A DNA stretch of 64,000 nucleotides from Trypanosoma brucei (GCA_000002445.1 CP000071.1:480001-544000), one strand, 5' to 3'; counted from the stretch's first letter, positions 51,411 to 63,720 are shown. Program-made: numbers and translations. The notes: generated by a model from the letters alone, not told the origin.

Positions 51411-53165
51411 ATGTCGGCTGTGGAGGAGCTCCGAGCTCAAATCGATGCGCTCGCGTCGCAGATCTCTGCGGTTAAAAAGGAACAGGGCGCCTCTAGTGAG
51501 GCGTGCAAATCCCTTGTGGCTAAAATGACTGAACTTCGAAAGCAACTTCCTCAAGAAAAGAAGGAAAAGAAAGCGGAGAAGGCCCCGGAGATCAGTTACT
51601 ACGATACACGTCTCGCAATGGTGAAAGAAATGGGCCCTCTCGGTGCCGCCTACCCTCATAAGTTCCACCGAGACTACACCTTACCCGCCTTCCGAGAGTG
51701 TTTCAAGCCAATGTTGCAGGAAAAGGGTCAACGCCTCGATAAGGTCGTGACGATTGCCGGACGTATCGTCGTGAAGAGAAGCTCGAGCTCCAAACTGCAT
51801 TTTTTGGCTCTTCAGGGTGATGGGGAGGTACTGCAGGTTATATCCATGGCGAGTGACTACGTTAATGATGGTTTTGCGGACATTCACAGCAAGATCAAGC
51901 GTGGCGATATCATTGGTGTGCGAGGTGTGCCATCGTTTTCAAACACGGGGGAGTTCTCCATGAGTGCCTACGAAATCACGCTGCTCTCCACATGTTTTCA
52001 CATGTTGCCAGATGAGCATTACGGGCTGAGCTCAGTCGAACAGCGCTTCCGTCAGCGATACCTCGACCTGATTGTGAATCGAGAAAACGCGAAGACTTTT
52101 ATCCTCCGCTCCAAGATCATAAGCTACATCCGCAGTTTCTTTGACCAGAAGGACTTCCTAGAGGTGGAAACGCCCATGTTGAACCAGATCGCCGGTGGTG
52201 CTGCTGCGCGGCCTTTTATCACACACCACAATGAGCTCAACCAGACAATGTACCTGCGAATTGCACCGGAGTTGTACCTAAAAAAACTTGTTGTTGGTGG
52301 CTTGGATCGTGTATATGAGATCGGCAAACAGTTCCGCAACGAAGGTATCGATCTCACGCATAATCCGGAGTTCACGAGTGTGGAGAGTTATTGGGCGTAC
52401 GCAGACTACAATGATTGGATGGAGACCACTGAGGAGTTACTTTACGGTATGGTCATGCATCTTTACGGATCTCCTATTGTGAAGTACTCCCCGAGGGATT
52501 CAGAGGGCCGTCAGTTACCTGAGGTAACTTTTAACTTCAACAGGCCCTTCAAACGCCTGCACATTGTTCCGAAGTTGGAGGAGATACTAGGACTTAAATT
52601 CCCTGCTGATTTCTATTCCTCTGAGGCAAACAGTTTCTTTCTGGACATTTGCAAGAAGAACCAGGTTGAGTGCAATCCCCCCTTCACAACGACACGCCTA
52701 CTAGATGCGCTTGTCTCCCACTATCTTGAGCCACAGTGCCACGACCCGACATTTCTGTGCGACCACCCGCGTATAATGTCTCCGTTGGCAAAGTGGCACC
52801 GTAAAGACCTTCGGCTCAGCGAGCGCTTCGAGCTGTTTATTAACAAAAAAGAGATCTGCAATTCATATACGGAGTTAAACAGTCCCCTCGTGCAGCGAGA
52901 GGAGTTTGAAAGGCAACTGCGTGACCGCGAGAAGGGTGATGACGAGGCAATGGATATTGATGAGGGTTATGTACAAGCATTGGAATACGCGTTGCCTCCC
53001 ACTGGTGGTTGGGGTTTGGGTATTGATCGACTCGTCATGTATCTCACAAGCCAAAACAACATCAAGGAAGTCCTTCTATTTCCAGCTATGAAACCTGAAG
53101 GGACATCCTCTGCCACATTCCCACCAGGAACAATGTTGAATGGACAAGGGGTGCCACTTCTTTGA
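51411..53165 (+). CDS. KRS: Lysyl-tRNA synthetase (class II) with a eukaryote-type Lys-rich coiled-coil N-terminal extension
   Basis: Class II motif 2 is '[23 protein letters not shown]'. Motif 1 is 'FLEVETPML'. Motif 3 is the region '[17 protein letters not shown]'. The ORF track extends upstream to 51135. That extension contains long poly-T splice-acceptor tracts (51197..51211 and 51262..51290). I therefore take the start as the ATG at 51411 ([10 protein letters not shown]…). Confidence 0.88.
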   Translation: MSAVEELRAQIDALASQISAVKKEQGASSEACKSLVAKMTELRKQLPQEKKEKKAEKAPEISYYDTRLAMVKEMGPLGAAYPHKFHRDYTLPAFRECFKPMLQEKGQRLDKVVTIAGRIVVKRSSSSKLHFLALQGDGEVLQVISMASDYVNDGFADIHSKIKRGDIIGVRGVPSFSNTGEFSMSAYEITLLSTCFHMLPDEHYGLSSVEQRFRQRYLDLIVNRENAKTFILRSKIISYIRSFFDQKDFLEVETPMLNQIAGGAAARPFITHHNELNQTMYLRIAPELYLKKLVVGGLDRVYEIGKQFRNEGIDLTHNPEFTSVESYWAYADYNDWMETTEELLYGMVMHLYGSPIVKYSPRDSEGRQLPEVTFNFNRPFKRLHIVPKLEEILGLKFPADFYSSEANSFFLDICKKNQVECNPPFTTTRLLDALVSHYLEPQCHDPTFLCDHPRIMSPLAKWHRKDLRLSERFELFINKKEICNSYTELNSPLVQREEFERQLRDREKGDDEAMDIDEGYVQALEYALPPTGGWGLGIDRLVMYLTSQNNIKEVLLFPAMKPEGTSSATFPPGTMLNGQGVPLL

Positions 53166-53364
53166 AGGGTCTCAGGCACTACACGCGAGACAAATAGGCA
53201 GCTGAGCAACATGCAAAGGAAAAAAAAAGGTAAGACAGAACGGAGGATCACAAATGAAAAAGCATTAATCCCTACGAAAAACAACACAGCATGATTTAAA
53301 AAAAAAACAGAATTCGGATGGCGTAATAAATTACACATTTCAGGAGCAGTGTTAACATAATGTC

Positions 53365-56300
53365 AATTCTATTCGGTTACTGATGCAGTAAATTATACCA
53401 CTCTCTTTCTGCAGCGAATACGTGCTATCTCTCTGTTCAATTAACCTTCTTTTTTCCTTGCTCTTCCCTCTGCAACAGTGAGGCTCGCAGATGTTTATGT
53501 TCCTTTGAACCCTTGTGAGACTGTTGGGTCCCTTGATGATTGTGGCAACTCTCCACGGAACTTATCTGACAAAATTTGCCTACGAACCTATTACCAAGGC
53601 TGAGGTCTCTACAGTACCCTTGCTTTAAGCTCTGTGTGTGATGTATATACGACTATGAACAACTCGTCAGAGTGCTATCTTTGATGATCACATACATTTT
53701 GCTTCCTCACTGACAACATACCTGCATTTGCAATCACTCCTGTAAACATACATTTTTTGGCTCCTCTTTCTATTTCTTGAAACTCTATGCTCGATTGCTC
53801 GGCGACTCCACGGTGATGTTCAATACAATAACTGATGTAATGAGACCTAGTGGAATACTGCGGACACTTCTTGTTCTGAGCGAGTTTCGTCGATGAGGCA
53901 CAACATGATCTTTGACTACACATGATGAGCAGCAAAGAAAGGGAATCTCTTGTCGAGCTCAGGGAATGAATCCCAGTGGCGGTGACATGACAAACTTTGA
54001 TATTACTATAATCCATTCTATTCTGTTACTGATGCAGTAAATTATACCACCCTCTTTCTGCAGCGAATACGTGCTATCTCTCTGTTCAATTAACCTTCTT
54101 TTTTCCTTGCTCTTCCCTCTGCAACAGTGAGGCTCGCAGATGTTTATGTTCCTTTGAACCCTTGTGAGACTGTTGGGTCCCTTGATGATTGTGGCAACTC
54201 TCCACGGAACTTATCTGACAAAATTTGCCTACGAACCTATTACCAAGGCTGAGGTCTCTACAGTACCCTTGCTTTAAGCTCTGTGTGTGATGTATATACG
54301 ACTATGAACAACTCGTCAGAGTGCTATCTTTGATGATCACATACATTTTGCTTCCTCACTGACAACATACCTGCATTTGCAATCACTCCTGTAAACATAC
54401 ATTTTTTGGCTCCTCTTTCTATTTCTTGAAACTCTATGCTCGATTGCTCGGCGACTCCACGGTGATGTTCAATACAATAACTGATGTAATGAGACCTAGT
54501 GGAATACTGCGGACACTTCTTGTTCTGAGCGAGTTTCGTCGATGAGGCACAACATGATCTTTGACTACACATGATGAGCAGCAAAGAAAGGGAATCTCTT
54601 GTCGAGCTCAGGGAATGAATCCCAGTGGCGGTGACATGACAAACTTTGATATTACTATAATCCATTCTATTCTGTTACTGATGCGGTAAATTATACCACC
54701 CTCTTTCTGCAGCGAATACGTGCTATCTCTCTGTTCAATTAACCTTCTTTTTTCCTTGCTCTTCCCTCTGCAACAGTGAGGCTCGCAGATGTTTATGTTC
54801 CTTTGAACCCTTGTGAGACTGTTGGGTCCCTTGATGATTGTGGCAACTCTCCACGGAACTTATCTGACAAAATTTGCCTACGAACCTATTACCAAGGCTG
54901 AGGTCTCTACAGTACCCTTGCTTTAAGCTCTGTGTGTGATGTATATACGACTATGAACAACTCGTCAGAGTGCTATCTTTGATGATCACATACATTTTGC
55001 TTCCTCACTGACAACATACCTGCATTTGCAATCACTCCTGTAAACATACATTTTTTGGCTCCTCTTTCTATTTCTTGAAACTCTATGCTCGATTGCTCGG
55101 CGACTCCACGGTGATGTTCAATACAATAACTGATGTAATGAGACCTAGTGGAATACTGCGGACACTTCTTGTTCTGAGCGAGTTTCGTCGATGAGGCACA
55201 ACATGATCTTTGACTACACATGATGAGCAGCAAAGAAAGGGAATCTCTTGTCGAGCTCAGGGAATGAATCCCAGTGGCGGTGACATGACAAACTTTGATA
55301 TTACTATAATCCATTCTATTCTGTTACTGATGCAGTAAATTATACCACCCTCTTTCTGCAGCGAATACGTGCTATCTCTCTGTTCAATTAACCTTCTTTT
55401 TTCCTTGCTCTTCCCTCTGCAACAGTGAGGCTCGCAGATGTTTATGTTCCTTTGAACCCTTGTGAGACTGTTGGGTCCCTTGATGATTGTGGCAACTCTC
55501 CACGGAACTTATCTGACAAAATTTGCCTACGAACCTATTACCAAGGCTGAGGTCTCTACAGTACCCTTGCTTTAAGCTCTGTGTGTGATGTATATACGAC
55601 TATGAACAACTCGTCAGAGTGCTATCTTTGATGATCACATACATTTTGCTTCCTCACTGACAACATACCTGCATTTGCAATCACTCCTGTAAACATACAT
55701 TTTTTGGCTCCTCTTTCTATTTCTTGAAACTCTATGCTCGATTGCTCGGCGACTCCACGGTGATGTTCAATACAATAACTGATGTAATGAGACCTAGTGG
55801 AATACTGCGGACACTTCTTGTTCTGAGCGAGTTTCGTCGATGAGGCACAACATGATCTTTGACTACACATGATGAGCAGCAAAGAAAGGGAATCTCTTGT
55901 CGAGCTCAGGGAATGAATCCCAGTGGCGGTGACATGACAAACTTTGATATTACTATAATCCATTCTATTCTGTTACTGATGCGGTAAATTATACCACCCT
56001 CTTTCTGCAGCGAATACGTGCTATCTCTCTGTTCAATTAACCTTCTTTTTTCCTTGCTCTTCCCTCTGCAACAGTGAGGCTCGCAGATGTTTATGTTCCT
56101 TTGAACCCTTGTGAGACTGTTGGGTCCCTTGATGATTGTGGCAACTCTCCACGGAACTTATCTGACAAAATTTGCCTACGAACCTATTACCAAGGCTGAG
56201 GTCTCTACAGTACCCTTGCTTTAAGCTCTGTGTGTGATGTATATACGACTATGAACAACTCGTCAGAGTGCTATCTTTGATGATCACATACATTTTGCTT

Positions 56301-57086
56301 CCTCACTGACAACATACCTGCATTTGCAATCACTCCTGTAAACATACATTTTTTGGCTCCTCTTTCTATTTCTTGAAACTCTATGCTCGATTGCTCGGCG
56401 ACTCCACGGTGATGTTCAATACAATAACTGATGTAATGAGACCTAGTGGAATACTGCGGACACTTCTTGTTCTGAGCGAGTTTCGTCGATGAGGCACAAC
56501 ATGATCTTTGACTACACATGATGAGCAGCAAAGAAAGGGAATCTCTTGTCGAGCTCAGGGAATGAATCCCAGTGGCGGTGACATGACAAACTTTGATATT
56601 ACTATAATCCATTCTATTCTGTTACTGATGCAGTAAATTATACCACCCTCTTTCTGCAGCGAATACGTGCTATCTCTCTGTTCAATTAACCTTCTTTTTT
56701 CCTTGTTCTTCCCTCTGCAACAGTGAGGCTCGCAGATGTTTATGTTCCTTTGAACCCTTGTGAGACTGTTGGGTCCCTTGATGATTGTGGCAACTCTCCA
56801 CGGAACTTATCTGACAAAATTTGCCTACGAACCTATTACCAAGGCTGAGGTCTCTACAGTACCCTTGCTTTAAGCTCTGTGTGTGATGTATATACGACTA
56901 TGAACAACTCGTCAGAGTGCTATCTTTGATGATCACATACATTTTGCTTCCTCACTGACAACATACCTGCATTTGCAATCACTCCTGTAAGCATACATTT
57001 TTTGGCTCCTCTTTCTATTTCTTGAAACTCTATGCTCGATTGCTCGGCGACTCCACGGTGATGTTCAATACAATAACTGATGTAAC
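53365..57086. repeat. Tandem array of a 649-bp unit, about 5.7 near-identical copies, directly upstream of the GP63 array
   Basis: The same sequence recurs with exact 649-bp period; for example, 'tgatgcagtaaattatacca' is at 53381, 54030, 54679 and onward. The first copy is diverged. The array ends at 57086, where the sequence 'tgtaaTGAGACC' becomes 'tgtaaCATTATTG'. Each unit holds an identical 113-aa minus-strand ORF. Confidence 0.95.
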
Positions 57087-57141
57087 ATTATTGTTTTCTC
57101 TCTTCCCCTTGTTCCTCCCATGTGTCAAAAGGAAGCGGTTG

Positions 57142-58806
57142 ATGATGCTACCGGCGTGTGTAATCCCGATGCATGGCGCATTGAAACTCGCCATACTGCT
57201 GATGTTGGTATGGTGCTGTTCCTTGTGTCTCGCGAAGTCAGGTGGCCGCTGCATGTTCGATGAAATTGCGGCGAAAGCTGGACGTCCACGGGTTTTGGCG
57301 CTGCGAAGGACTAAAGCAGGCATGGAGAATGTAAAGTATGACAGGACAGGTTCCGTTGACCCTGAGTGGCAGCACATCCGTATTGTTGTTTTCGCAGAAG
57401 ACATGAAGGACCGGTCGCGATATTGCACGTCTGCAGGGCAGGAACGACCAACGTTTTTCGGAGAAACAGCGACATGTTCACAAGAAGACATTTTGACAGC
57501 CGCTAAGAGAGATATTGCCGTCACGAAGCTTCTTCCTTCAGCTGTCCAGATGCATATGGATAGGTTACTCGTCGACCCTATAACTGAACCCCTTGTCTTT
57601 CCTCCATTTGATGGTTCGGTGTGCTCTGAGTTCAAAGTACCGTCAAGTCATTTCTCAGAGGGCGTACCTGACGCTGATATGGTAATGTATGCTGCAGCGG
57701 GTCCAACGCCGGAGGGTGTGGCTGCCTGGGCTACGGGTTGCATAACTCTTGACGATGGGCGTGCTGTGGCTGGCGTAACTAACCTTGGCCCCGGTTCCAT
57801 TAGCCTGTCGGAGACCAGCATTCGCACAGCTGCTCATGAGATTGCCCACGCCCTTGGGTTCGATTTCGAAGCGATGAACGATGCCGGTATGGTGCAAAGA
57901 ATTCCCGGTGTTCGTGGAAAGGTTGATGTGACACTCATTTCGTCACCCAGGACACTGCAGAAGGCCCGCGAACACTACAATTGTCCCGATGCCCCTGGAA
58001 TGGAACTGGAGGACGAAGGTGGTAGTGGCACCGCATTATCACACTGGGAGCGGCGCAATGCGAAGGATGAGATCATGTCTGGTATTTCTTCACCTGGTCG
58101 ATACACAGCGCTAACGATGGCGGCGTTTGAGGATCTGGGATATTACCGTGGTGCCTGGGGGAGCGAAGAACCTATGGGTTGGGGAAACAACTCTGGTTGT
58201 GAGCTACTCAACGAAAGCTGTTTGGTGAACGGTGTGACAGCGCACCCGGATATGTTCTGCAACGAAACCGTGAGCAAGCTGGTTTGTAACTCGGAGCGAG
58301 ATGGTCTTGGAAGGTGTAATGTAATTAAGCATGAAAATCCACTTCCACCGCAATACCATTACTTTTCTGATCCTTCACGTGGTGCCCCCTCCCATCTCTT
58401 GATGGACTACTGCCCGTCCATTGACGCGTTCTCCAACACGCCTTGTGCCGACGGCGAAACGAAATTCATGCGTGGAAGTTTGATAGGACCGTCGTCAATG
58501 TGTCTGAAGGCCGAGGGACTCCGTGACAGTCAGGGCGTCATTGGCGATGTTTGTGCGGATGTGCGGTGTGATGGTGGTGAAGTAAGCATTCGTTATCTTG
58601 GGGATGATGCATGGCATCCGTGCCCAGAAGGCAGTCACATCAAACCGACTACAACATTCACGGATGGCGTCATTGTTTGCCCGACTTACAGTGAGGTTTG
58701 TATCAAAGCAACAGTGGTTGTACGCCCTTCTTCAGCCAGCTACCGTTCTTCAGTGCCGCAATCGCTGCTTCTCACCCTATTCGCTATAGTTTATGCTGCC
58801 TGTTAA
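57142..58806 (+). CDS. MSP-B: Leishmanolysin/GP63 (major surface protease, M8 zinc metalloprotease), tandem copy 1
   Basis: The zinc-binding 'AAHEIAHALGFD' (HExxH) is present. The signal peptide reads 'MMLPACVIPMHGALKLAILLMLVWCCSLCLA'. There are many conserved Cys. A C-terminal hydrophobic GPI-type signal reads 'SLLLTLFAIVYAAC'. The ORF track began at 57022 inside the 649-bp repeat; the MML start is taken by analogy with copies 2 and 3. Confidence 0.85.
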   Translation: MMLPACVIPMHGALKLAILLMLVWCCSLCLAKSGGRCMFDEIAAKAGRPRVLALRRTKAGMENVKYDRTGSVDPEWQHIRIVVFAEDMKDRSRYCTSAGQERPTFFGETATCSQEDILTAAKRDIAVTKLLPSAVQMHMDRLLVDPITEPLVFPPFDGSVCSEFKVPSSHFSEGVPDADMVMYAAAGPTPEGVAAWATGCITLDDGRAVAGVTNLGPGSISLSETSIRTAAHEIAHALGFDFEAMNDAGMVQRIPGVRGKVDVTLISSPRTLQKAREHYNCPDAPGMELEDEGGSGTALSHWERRNAKDEIMSGISSPGRYTALTMAAFEDLGYYRGAWGSEEPMGWGNNSGCELLNESCLVNGVTAHPDMFCNETVSKLVCNSERDGLGRCNVIKHENPLPPQYHYFSDPSRGAPSHLLMDYCPSIDAFSNTPCADGETKFMRGSLIGPSSMCLKAEGLRDSQGVIGDVCADVRCDGGEVSIRYLGDDAWHPCPEGSHIKPTTTFTDGVIVCPTYSEVCIKATVVVRPSSASYRSSVPQSLLLTLFAIVYAAC

Positions 58807-59288
58807 ATGGCGTGACTATAGGTGTGGGGTTAAGCATCCGTTACTGTCCTTGGATGTTGCGTCAGAAATGGTTACTACATGCGATACGCAGGTTTTCCTT
58901 TTATACGAGTATTTTCCATTACCACTTTGCAAGGTTGTTGTATTCCTTTCTTTTGTCTTTGTACACGTTTTTTTTAAATACTTTGTTTATTATACGCACA
59001 GAACCCTATGACTCCAGAGGTTGTATGGGGAGAATGTGTGTGCGAGCGTTATCGTCTGTTATTTCTTAGTCCAGTTGTCTGCGTTCTCACGGCAGAATCG
59101 TGGCAGCAGCGGGCACCTAAACGATTTTAGGCCGCCACGTCGCGGTTTTCTGTATTGTTTTGTTGATTTCCTATTTAGAAACTCCCTGTAGATAATGTTT
59201 ACCTTTTTTTTTCCATTGTCCTCTTATCTACCTATATGTTAACAACACACTTCCGTTGTTGCATTTCACCACGGGTTTCGGGCGCTTA

Positions 59289-59312
59289 TTCTCTCTTCCC
59301 CTTGTTCCTCCC
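59289..59312 (+). promoter_or_regulatory. Polypyrimidine tract upstream of each GP63 copy (candidate SL trans-splice acceptor signal)
   Basis: 'ttctctcttccccttgttcctccc' lies about 20 nt before the ATG-ATG start. It recurs at 61482..61505 and 63675..63698, and a variant is upstream of copy 1 at 57097..57119. Confidence 0.5.
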
Positions 59313-59334
59313 ATGTATCAAAAGGAAGCGGTTG

Positions 59335-60999
59335 ATGATGCTACCGGCGTGTGTAATCCCGATGCATGGCGCATTGAAACTCGCCATACTGCTGATGTTG
59401 GTATGGTGCTGTTCCTTGTGTCTCGCGAAGTCAGGTGGCCGCTGCATGTTCGATGAAATTGCGGCGAAAGCTGGACGTCCACGGGTTTTGGCGCTGCGAA
59501 GGACTAAAGCAGGCATGGAGAATGTAAAGTATGACAGGACAGGTTCCGTTGACCCTGAGTGGCAGCACATCCGTATTGTTGTTTTCGCAGAAGACATGAA
59601 GGACCGGTCGCGATATTGCACGTCTGCAGGGCAGGAACGACCAACGTTTTTCGGAGAAACAGCGACATGTTCACAAGAAGACATTTTGACAGCCGCTAAG
59701 AGAGATATTGCCGTCACGAAGCTTCTTCCTTCAGCTGTCCAGATGCATATGGATAGGTTACTCGTCGACCCTATAACTGAACCCCTTGTCTTTCCTCCAT
59801 TTGATGGTTCGGTGTGCTCTGAGTTCAAAGTACCGTCAAGTCATTTCTCAGAGGGCGTACCTGACGCTGATATGGTAATGTATGCTGCAGCGGGTCCAAC
59901 GCCGGAGGGTGTGGCTGCCTGGGCTACGGGTTGCATAACTCTTGACGATGGGCGTGCTGTGGCTGGCGTAACTAACCTTGGCCCCGGTTCCATTAGCCTG
60001 TCGGAGACCAGCATTCGCACAGCTGCTCATGAGATTGCCCACGCCCTTGGGTTCGATTTCGAAGCGATGAACGATGCCGGTATGGTGCAAAGAATTCCCG
60101 GTGTTCGTGGAAAGGTTGATGTGACACTCATTTCGTCACCCAGGACACTGCAGAAGGCCCGCGAACACTACAATTGTCCCGATGCCCCTGGAATGGAACT
60201 GGAGGACGAAGGTGGTAGTGGCACCGCATTATCACACTGGGAGCGGCGCAATGCGAAGGATGAGATCATGTCTGGTATTTCTTCACCTGGTCGATACACA
60301 GCGCTAACGATGGCGGCGTTTGAGGATCTGGGATATTACCGTGGTGCCTGGGGGAGCGAAGAACCTATGGGTTGGGGAAACAACTCTGGTTGTGAGCTAC
60401 TCAACGAAAGCTGTTTGGTGAACGGTGTGACAGCGCACCCGGATATGTTCTGCAACGAAACCGTGAGCAAGCTGGTTTGTAACTCGGAGCGAGATGGTCT
60501 TGGAAGGTGTAATGTAATTAAGCATGAAAATCCACTTCCACCGCAATACCATTACTTTTCAGATCCTTCACGTGGTGCCCCCTCCCATCTCTTGATGGAC
60601 TACTGCCCGTCCATTGACGCGTTCTCCAACACGCCTTGTGCCGACGGCGAAACGAAATTCATGCGTGGAAGTTTGATAGGACCGTCGTCAATGTGTCTGA
60701 AGGCCGAGGGACTCCGTGACAGTCAGGGCGTCATTGGCGATGTTTGTGCGGATGTGCGGTGTGATGGTGGTGAAGTAAGCATTCGTTATCTTGGGGATGA
60801 TGCATGGCATCCGTGCCCAGAAGGCAGTCACATCAAACCGACTACAACATTCACGGATGGCGTCATTGTTTGCCCGACTTACAGTGAGGTTTGTATCAAA
60901 GCAACAGTGGTTGTACGCCCTTCTTCAGCCAGCTACCGTTCTTCAGTGCCGCAATCGCTGCTTCTCACCCTATTCGCTATAGTTTATGCTGCCTGTTAA
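59335..60999 (+). CDS. MSP-B: Leishmanolysin/GP63 (M8 metalloprotease), tandem copy 2
   Basis: The translation is identical to copy 1. The unit period is 2193 bp. The polypyrimidine tract 'ttctctcttccccttgttcctccc' lies 20 nt upstream of the ATG-ATG. Confidence 0.85.
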   Translation: MMLPACVIPMHGALKLAILLMLVWCCSLCLAKSGGRCMFDEIAAKAGRPRVLALRRTKAGMENVKYDRTGSVDPEWQHIRIVVFAEDMKDRSRYCTSAGQERPTFFGETATCSQEDILTAAKRDIAVTKLLPSAVQMHMDRLLVDPITEPLVFPPFDGSVCSEFKVPSSHFSEGVPDADMVMYAAAGPTPEGVAAWATGCITLDDGRAVAGVTNLGPGSISLSETSIRTAAHEIAHALGFDFEAMNDAGMVQRIPGVRGKVDVTLISSPRTLQKAREHYNCPDAPGMELEDEGGSGTALSHWERRNAKDEIMSGISSPGRYTALTMAAFEDLGYYRGAWGSEEPMGWGNNSGCELLNESCLVNGVTAHPDMFCNETVSKLVCNSERDGLGRCNVIKHENPLPPQYHYFSDPSRGAPSHLLMDYCPSIDAFSNTPCADGETKFMRGSLIGPSSMCLKAEGLRDSQGVIGDVCADVRCDGGEVSIRYLGDDAWHPCPEGSHIKPTTTFTDGVIVCPTYSEVCIKATVVVRPSSASYRSSVPQSLLLTLFAIVYAAC

Positions 61000-61527
61000 A
61001 TGGCGTGACTATAGGTGTGGGGTTAAGCATCCGTTACTGTCCTTGGATGTTGCGTCAGAAATGGTTACTACATGCGATACGCAGGTTTTCCTTTTATACG
61101 AGTATTTTCCATTACCACTTTGCAAGGTTGTTGTATTCCTTTCTTTTGTCTTTGTACACGTTTTTTTTAAATACTTTGTTTATTATACGCACAGAACCCT
61201 ATGACTCCAGAGGTTGTATGGGGAGAATGTGTGTGCGAGCGTTATCGTCTGTTATTTCTTAGTCCAGTTGTCTGCGTTCTCACGGCAGAATCGTGGCAGC
61301 AGCGGGCACCTAAACGATTTTAGGCCGCCACGTCGCGGTTTTCTGTATTGTTTTGTTGATTTCCTATTTAGAAACTCCCTGTAGATAATGTTTACCTTTT
61401 TTTTTCCATTGTCCTCTTATCTACCTATATGTTAACAACACACTTCCGTTGTTGCATTTCACCACGGGTTTCGGGCGCTTATTCTCTCTTCCCCTTGTTC
61501 CTCCCATGTATCAAAAGGAAGCGGTTG

Positions 61528-63192
61528 ATGATGCTACCGGCGTGTGTAATCCCGATGCATGGCGCATTGAAACTCGCCATACTGCTGATGTTGGTATGGT
61601 GCTGTTCCTTGTGTCTCGCGAAGTCAGGTGGCCGCTGCATGTTCGATGAAATTGCGGCGAAAGCTGGACGTCCACGGGTTTTGGCGCTGCGAAGGACTAA
61701 AGCAGGCATGGAGAATGTAAAGTATGACAGGACAGGTTCCGTTGACCCTGAGTGGCAGCACATCCGTATTGTTGTTTTCGCAGAAGACATGAAGGACCGG
61801 TCGCGATATTGCACGTCTGCAGGGCAGGAACGACCAACGTTTTTCGGAGAAACAGCGACATGTTCACAAGAAGACATTTTGACAGCCGCTAAGAGAGATA
61901 TTGCCGTCACGAAGCTTCTTCCTTCAGCTGTCCAGATGCATATGGATAGGTTACTCGTCGACCCTATAACTGAACCCCTTGTCTTTCCTCCATTTGATGG
62001 TTCGGTGTGCTCTGAGTTCAAAGTACCGTCAAGTCATTTCTCAGAGGGCGTACCTGACGCTGATATGGTAATGTATGCTGCAGCGGGTCCAACGCCGGAG
62101 GGTGTGGCTGCCTGGGCTACGGGTTGCATAACTCTTGACGATGGGCGTGCTGTGGCTGGCGTAACTAACCTTGGCCCCGGTTCCATTAGCCTGTCGGAGA
62201 CCAGCATTCGCACAGCTGCTCATGAGATTGCCCACGCCCTTGGGTTCGATTTCGAAGCGATGAACGATGCCGGTATGGTGCAAAGAATTCCCGGTGTTCG
62301 TGGAAAGGTTGATGTGACACTCATTTCGTCACCCAGGACACTGCAGAAGGCCCGCGAACACTACAATTGTCCCGATGCCCCTGGAATGGAACTGGAGGAC
62401 GAAGGTGGTAGTGGCACCGCATTATCACACTGGGAGCGGCGCAATGCGAAGGATGAGATCATGTCTGGTATTTCTTCACCTGGTCGATACACAGCGCTAA
62501 CGATGGCGGCGTTTGAGGATCTGGGATATTACCGTGGTGCCTGGGGGAGCGAAGAACCTATGGGTTGGGGAAACAACTCTGGTTGTGAGCTACTCAACGA
62601 AAGCTGTTTGGTGAACGGTGTGACAGCGCACCCGGATATGTTCTGCAACGAAACCGTGAGCAAGCTGGTTTGTAACTCGGAGCGAGATGGTCTTGGAAGG
62701 TGTAATGTAATTAAGCATGAAAATCCACTTCCACCGCAATACCATTACTTTTCAGATCCTTCACGTGGTGCCCCCTCCCATCTCTTGATGGACTACTGCC
62801 CGTCCATTGACGCGTTCTCCAACACGCCTTGTGCCGACGGCGAAACGAAATTCATGCGTGGAAGTTTGATAGGACCGTCGTCAATGTGTCTGAAGGCCGA
62901 GGGACTCCGTGACAGTCAGGGCGTCATTGGCGATGTTTGTGCGGATGTGCGGTGTGATGGTGGTGAAGTAAGCATTCGTTATCTTGGGGATGATGCATGG
63001 CATCCGTGCCCAGAAGGCAGTCACATCAAACCGACTACAACATTCACGGATGGCGTCATTGTTTGCCCGACTTACAGTGAGGTTTGTATCAAAGCAACAG
63101 TGGTTGTACGCCCTTCTTCAGCCAGCTACCGTTCTTCAGTGCCGCAATCGCTGCTTCTCACCCTATTCGCTATAGTTTATGCTGCCTGTTAA
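61528..63192 (+). CDS. MSP-B: Leishmanolysin/GP63 (M8 metalloprotease), tandem copy 3
   Basis: The translation is identical to copies 1 and 2, and the 2193-bp period holds. Confidence 0.85.
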   Translation: MMLPACVIPMHGALKLAILLMLVWCCSLCLAKSGGRCMFDEIAAKAGRPRVLALRRTKAGMENVKYDRTGSVDPEWQHIRIVVFAEDMKDRSRYCTSAGQERPTFFGETATCSQEDILTAAKRDIAVTKLLPSAVQMHMDRLLVDPITEPLVFPPFDGSVCSEFKVPSSHFSEGVPDADMVMYAAAGPTPEGVAAWATGCITLDDGRAVAGVTNLGPGSISLSETSIRTAAHEIAHALGFDFEAMNDAGMVQRIPGVRGKVDVTLISSPRTLQKAREHYNCPDAPGMELEDEGGSGTALSHWERRNAKDEIMSGISSPGRYTALTMAAFEDLGYYRGAWGSEEPMGWGNNSGCELLNESCLVNGVTAHPDMFCNETVSKLVCNSERDGLGRCNVIKHENPLPPQYHYFSDPSRGAPSHLLMDYCPSIDAFSNTPCADGETKFMRGSLIGPSSMCLKAEGLRDSQGVIGDVCADVRCDGGEVSIRYLGDDAWHPCPEGSHIKPTTTFTDGVIVCPTYSEVCIKATVVVRPSSASYRSSVPQSLLLTLFAIVYAAC

Positions 63193-63720
63193 ATGGCGTG
63201 ACTATAGGTGTGGGGTTAAGCATCCGTTACTGTCCTTGGATGTTGCGTCAGAAATGGTTACTACATGCGATACGCAGGTTTTCCTTTTATACGAGTATTT
63301 TCCATTACCACTTTGCAAGGTTGTTGTATTCCTTTCTTTTGTCTTTGTACACGTTTTTTTTAAATACTTTGTTTATTATACGCACAGAACCCTATGACTC
63401 CAGAGGTTGTATGGGGAGAATGTGTGTGCGAGCGTTATCGTCTGTTATTTCTTAGTCCAGTTGTCTGCGTTCTCACGGCAGAATCGTGGCAGCAGCGGGC
63501 ACCTAAACGATTTTAGGCCGCCACGTCGCGGTTTTCTGTATTGTTTTGTTGATTTCCTATTTAGAAACTCCCTGTAGATAATGTTTACCTTTTTTTTTCC
63601 ATTGTCCTCTTATCTACCTATATGTTAACAACACACTTCCGTTGTTGCATTTCACCACGGGTTTCGGGCGCTTATTCTCTCTTCCCCTTGTTCCTCCCAT
63701 GTATCAAAAGGAAGCGGTTG

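Noticed and set aside
53675-56612. Identical 113-aa minus-strand ORF (MDYSNIKVCHV…) in every copy of the 649-bp repeat
   Set aside because: It lies opposite to the + strand polycistronic transcription direction. I recognise no motifs in it. Its perfect identity between copies only reflects repeat homogenisation. A 113-codon ORF arising by chance in one frame of a 649-bp unit is not implausible.
57022-57141. N-terminal extension 'MKLYARLLGDSTVMFNTITDV…' of the first GP63 ORF
   Set aside because: It is encoded by the last 649-bp repeat unit and the polypyrimidine tract. Copies 2 to 4 have a different upstream ORF extension. The conserved start is the ATG-ATG at 57142 that heads the signal peptide.
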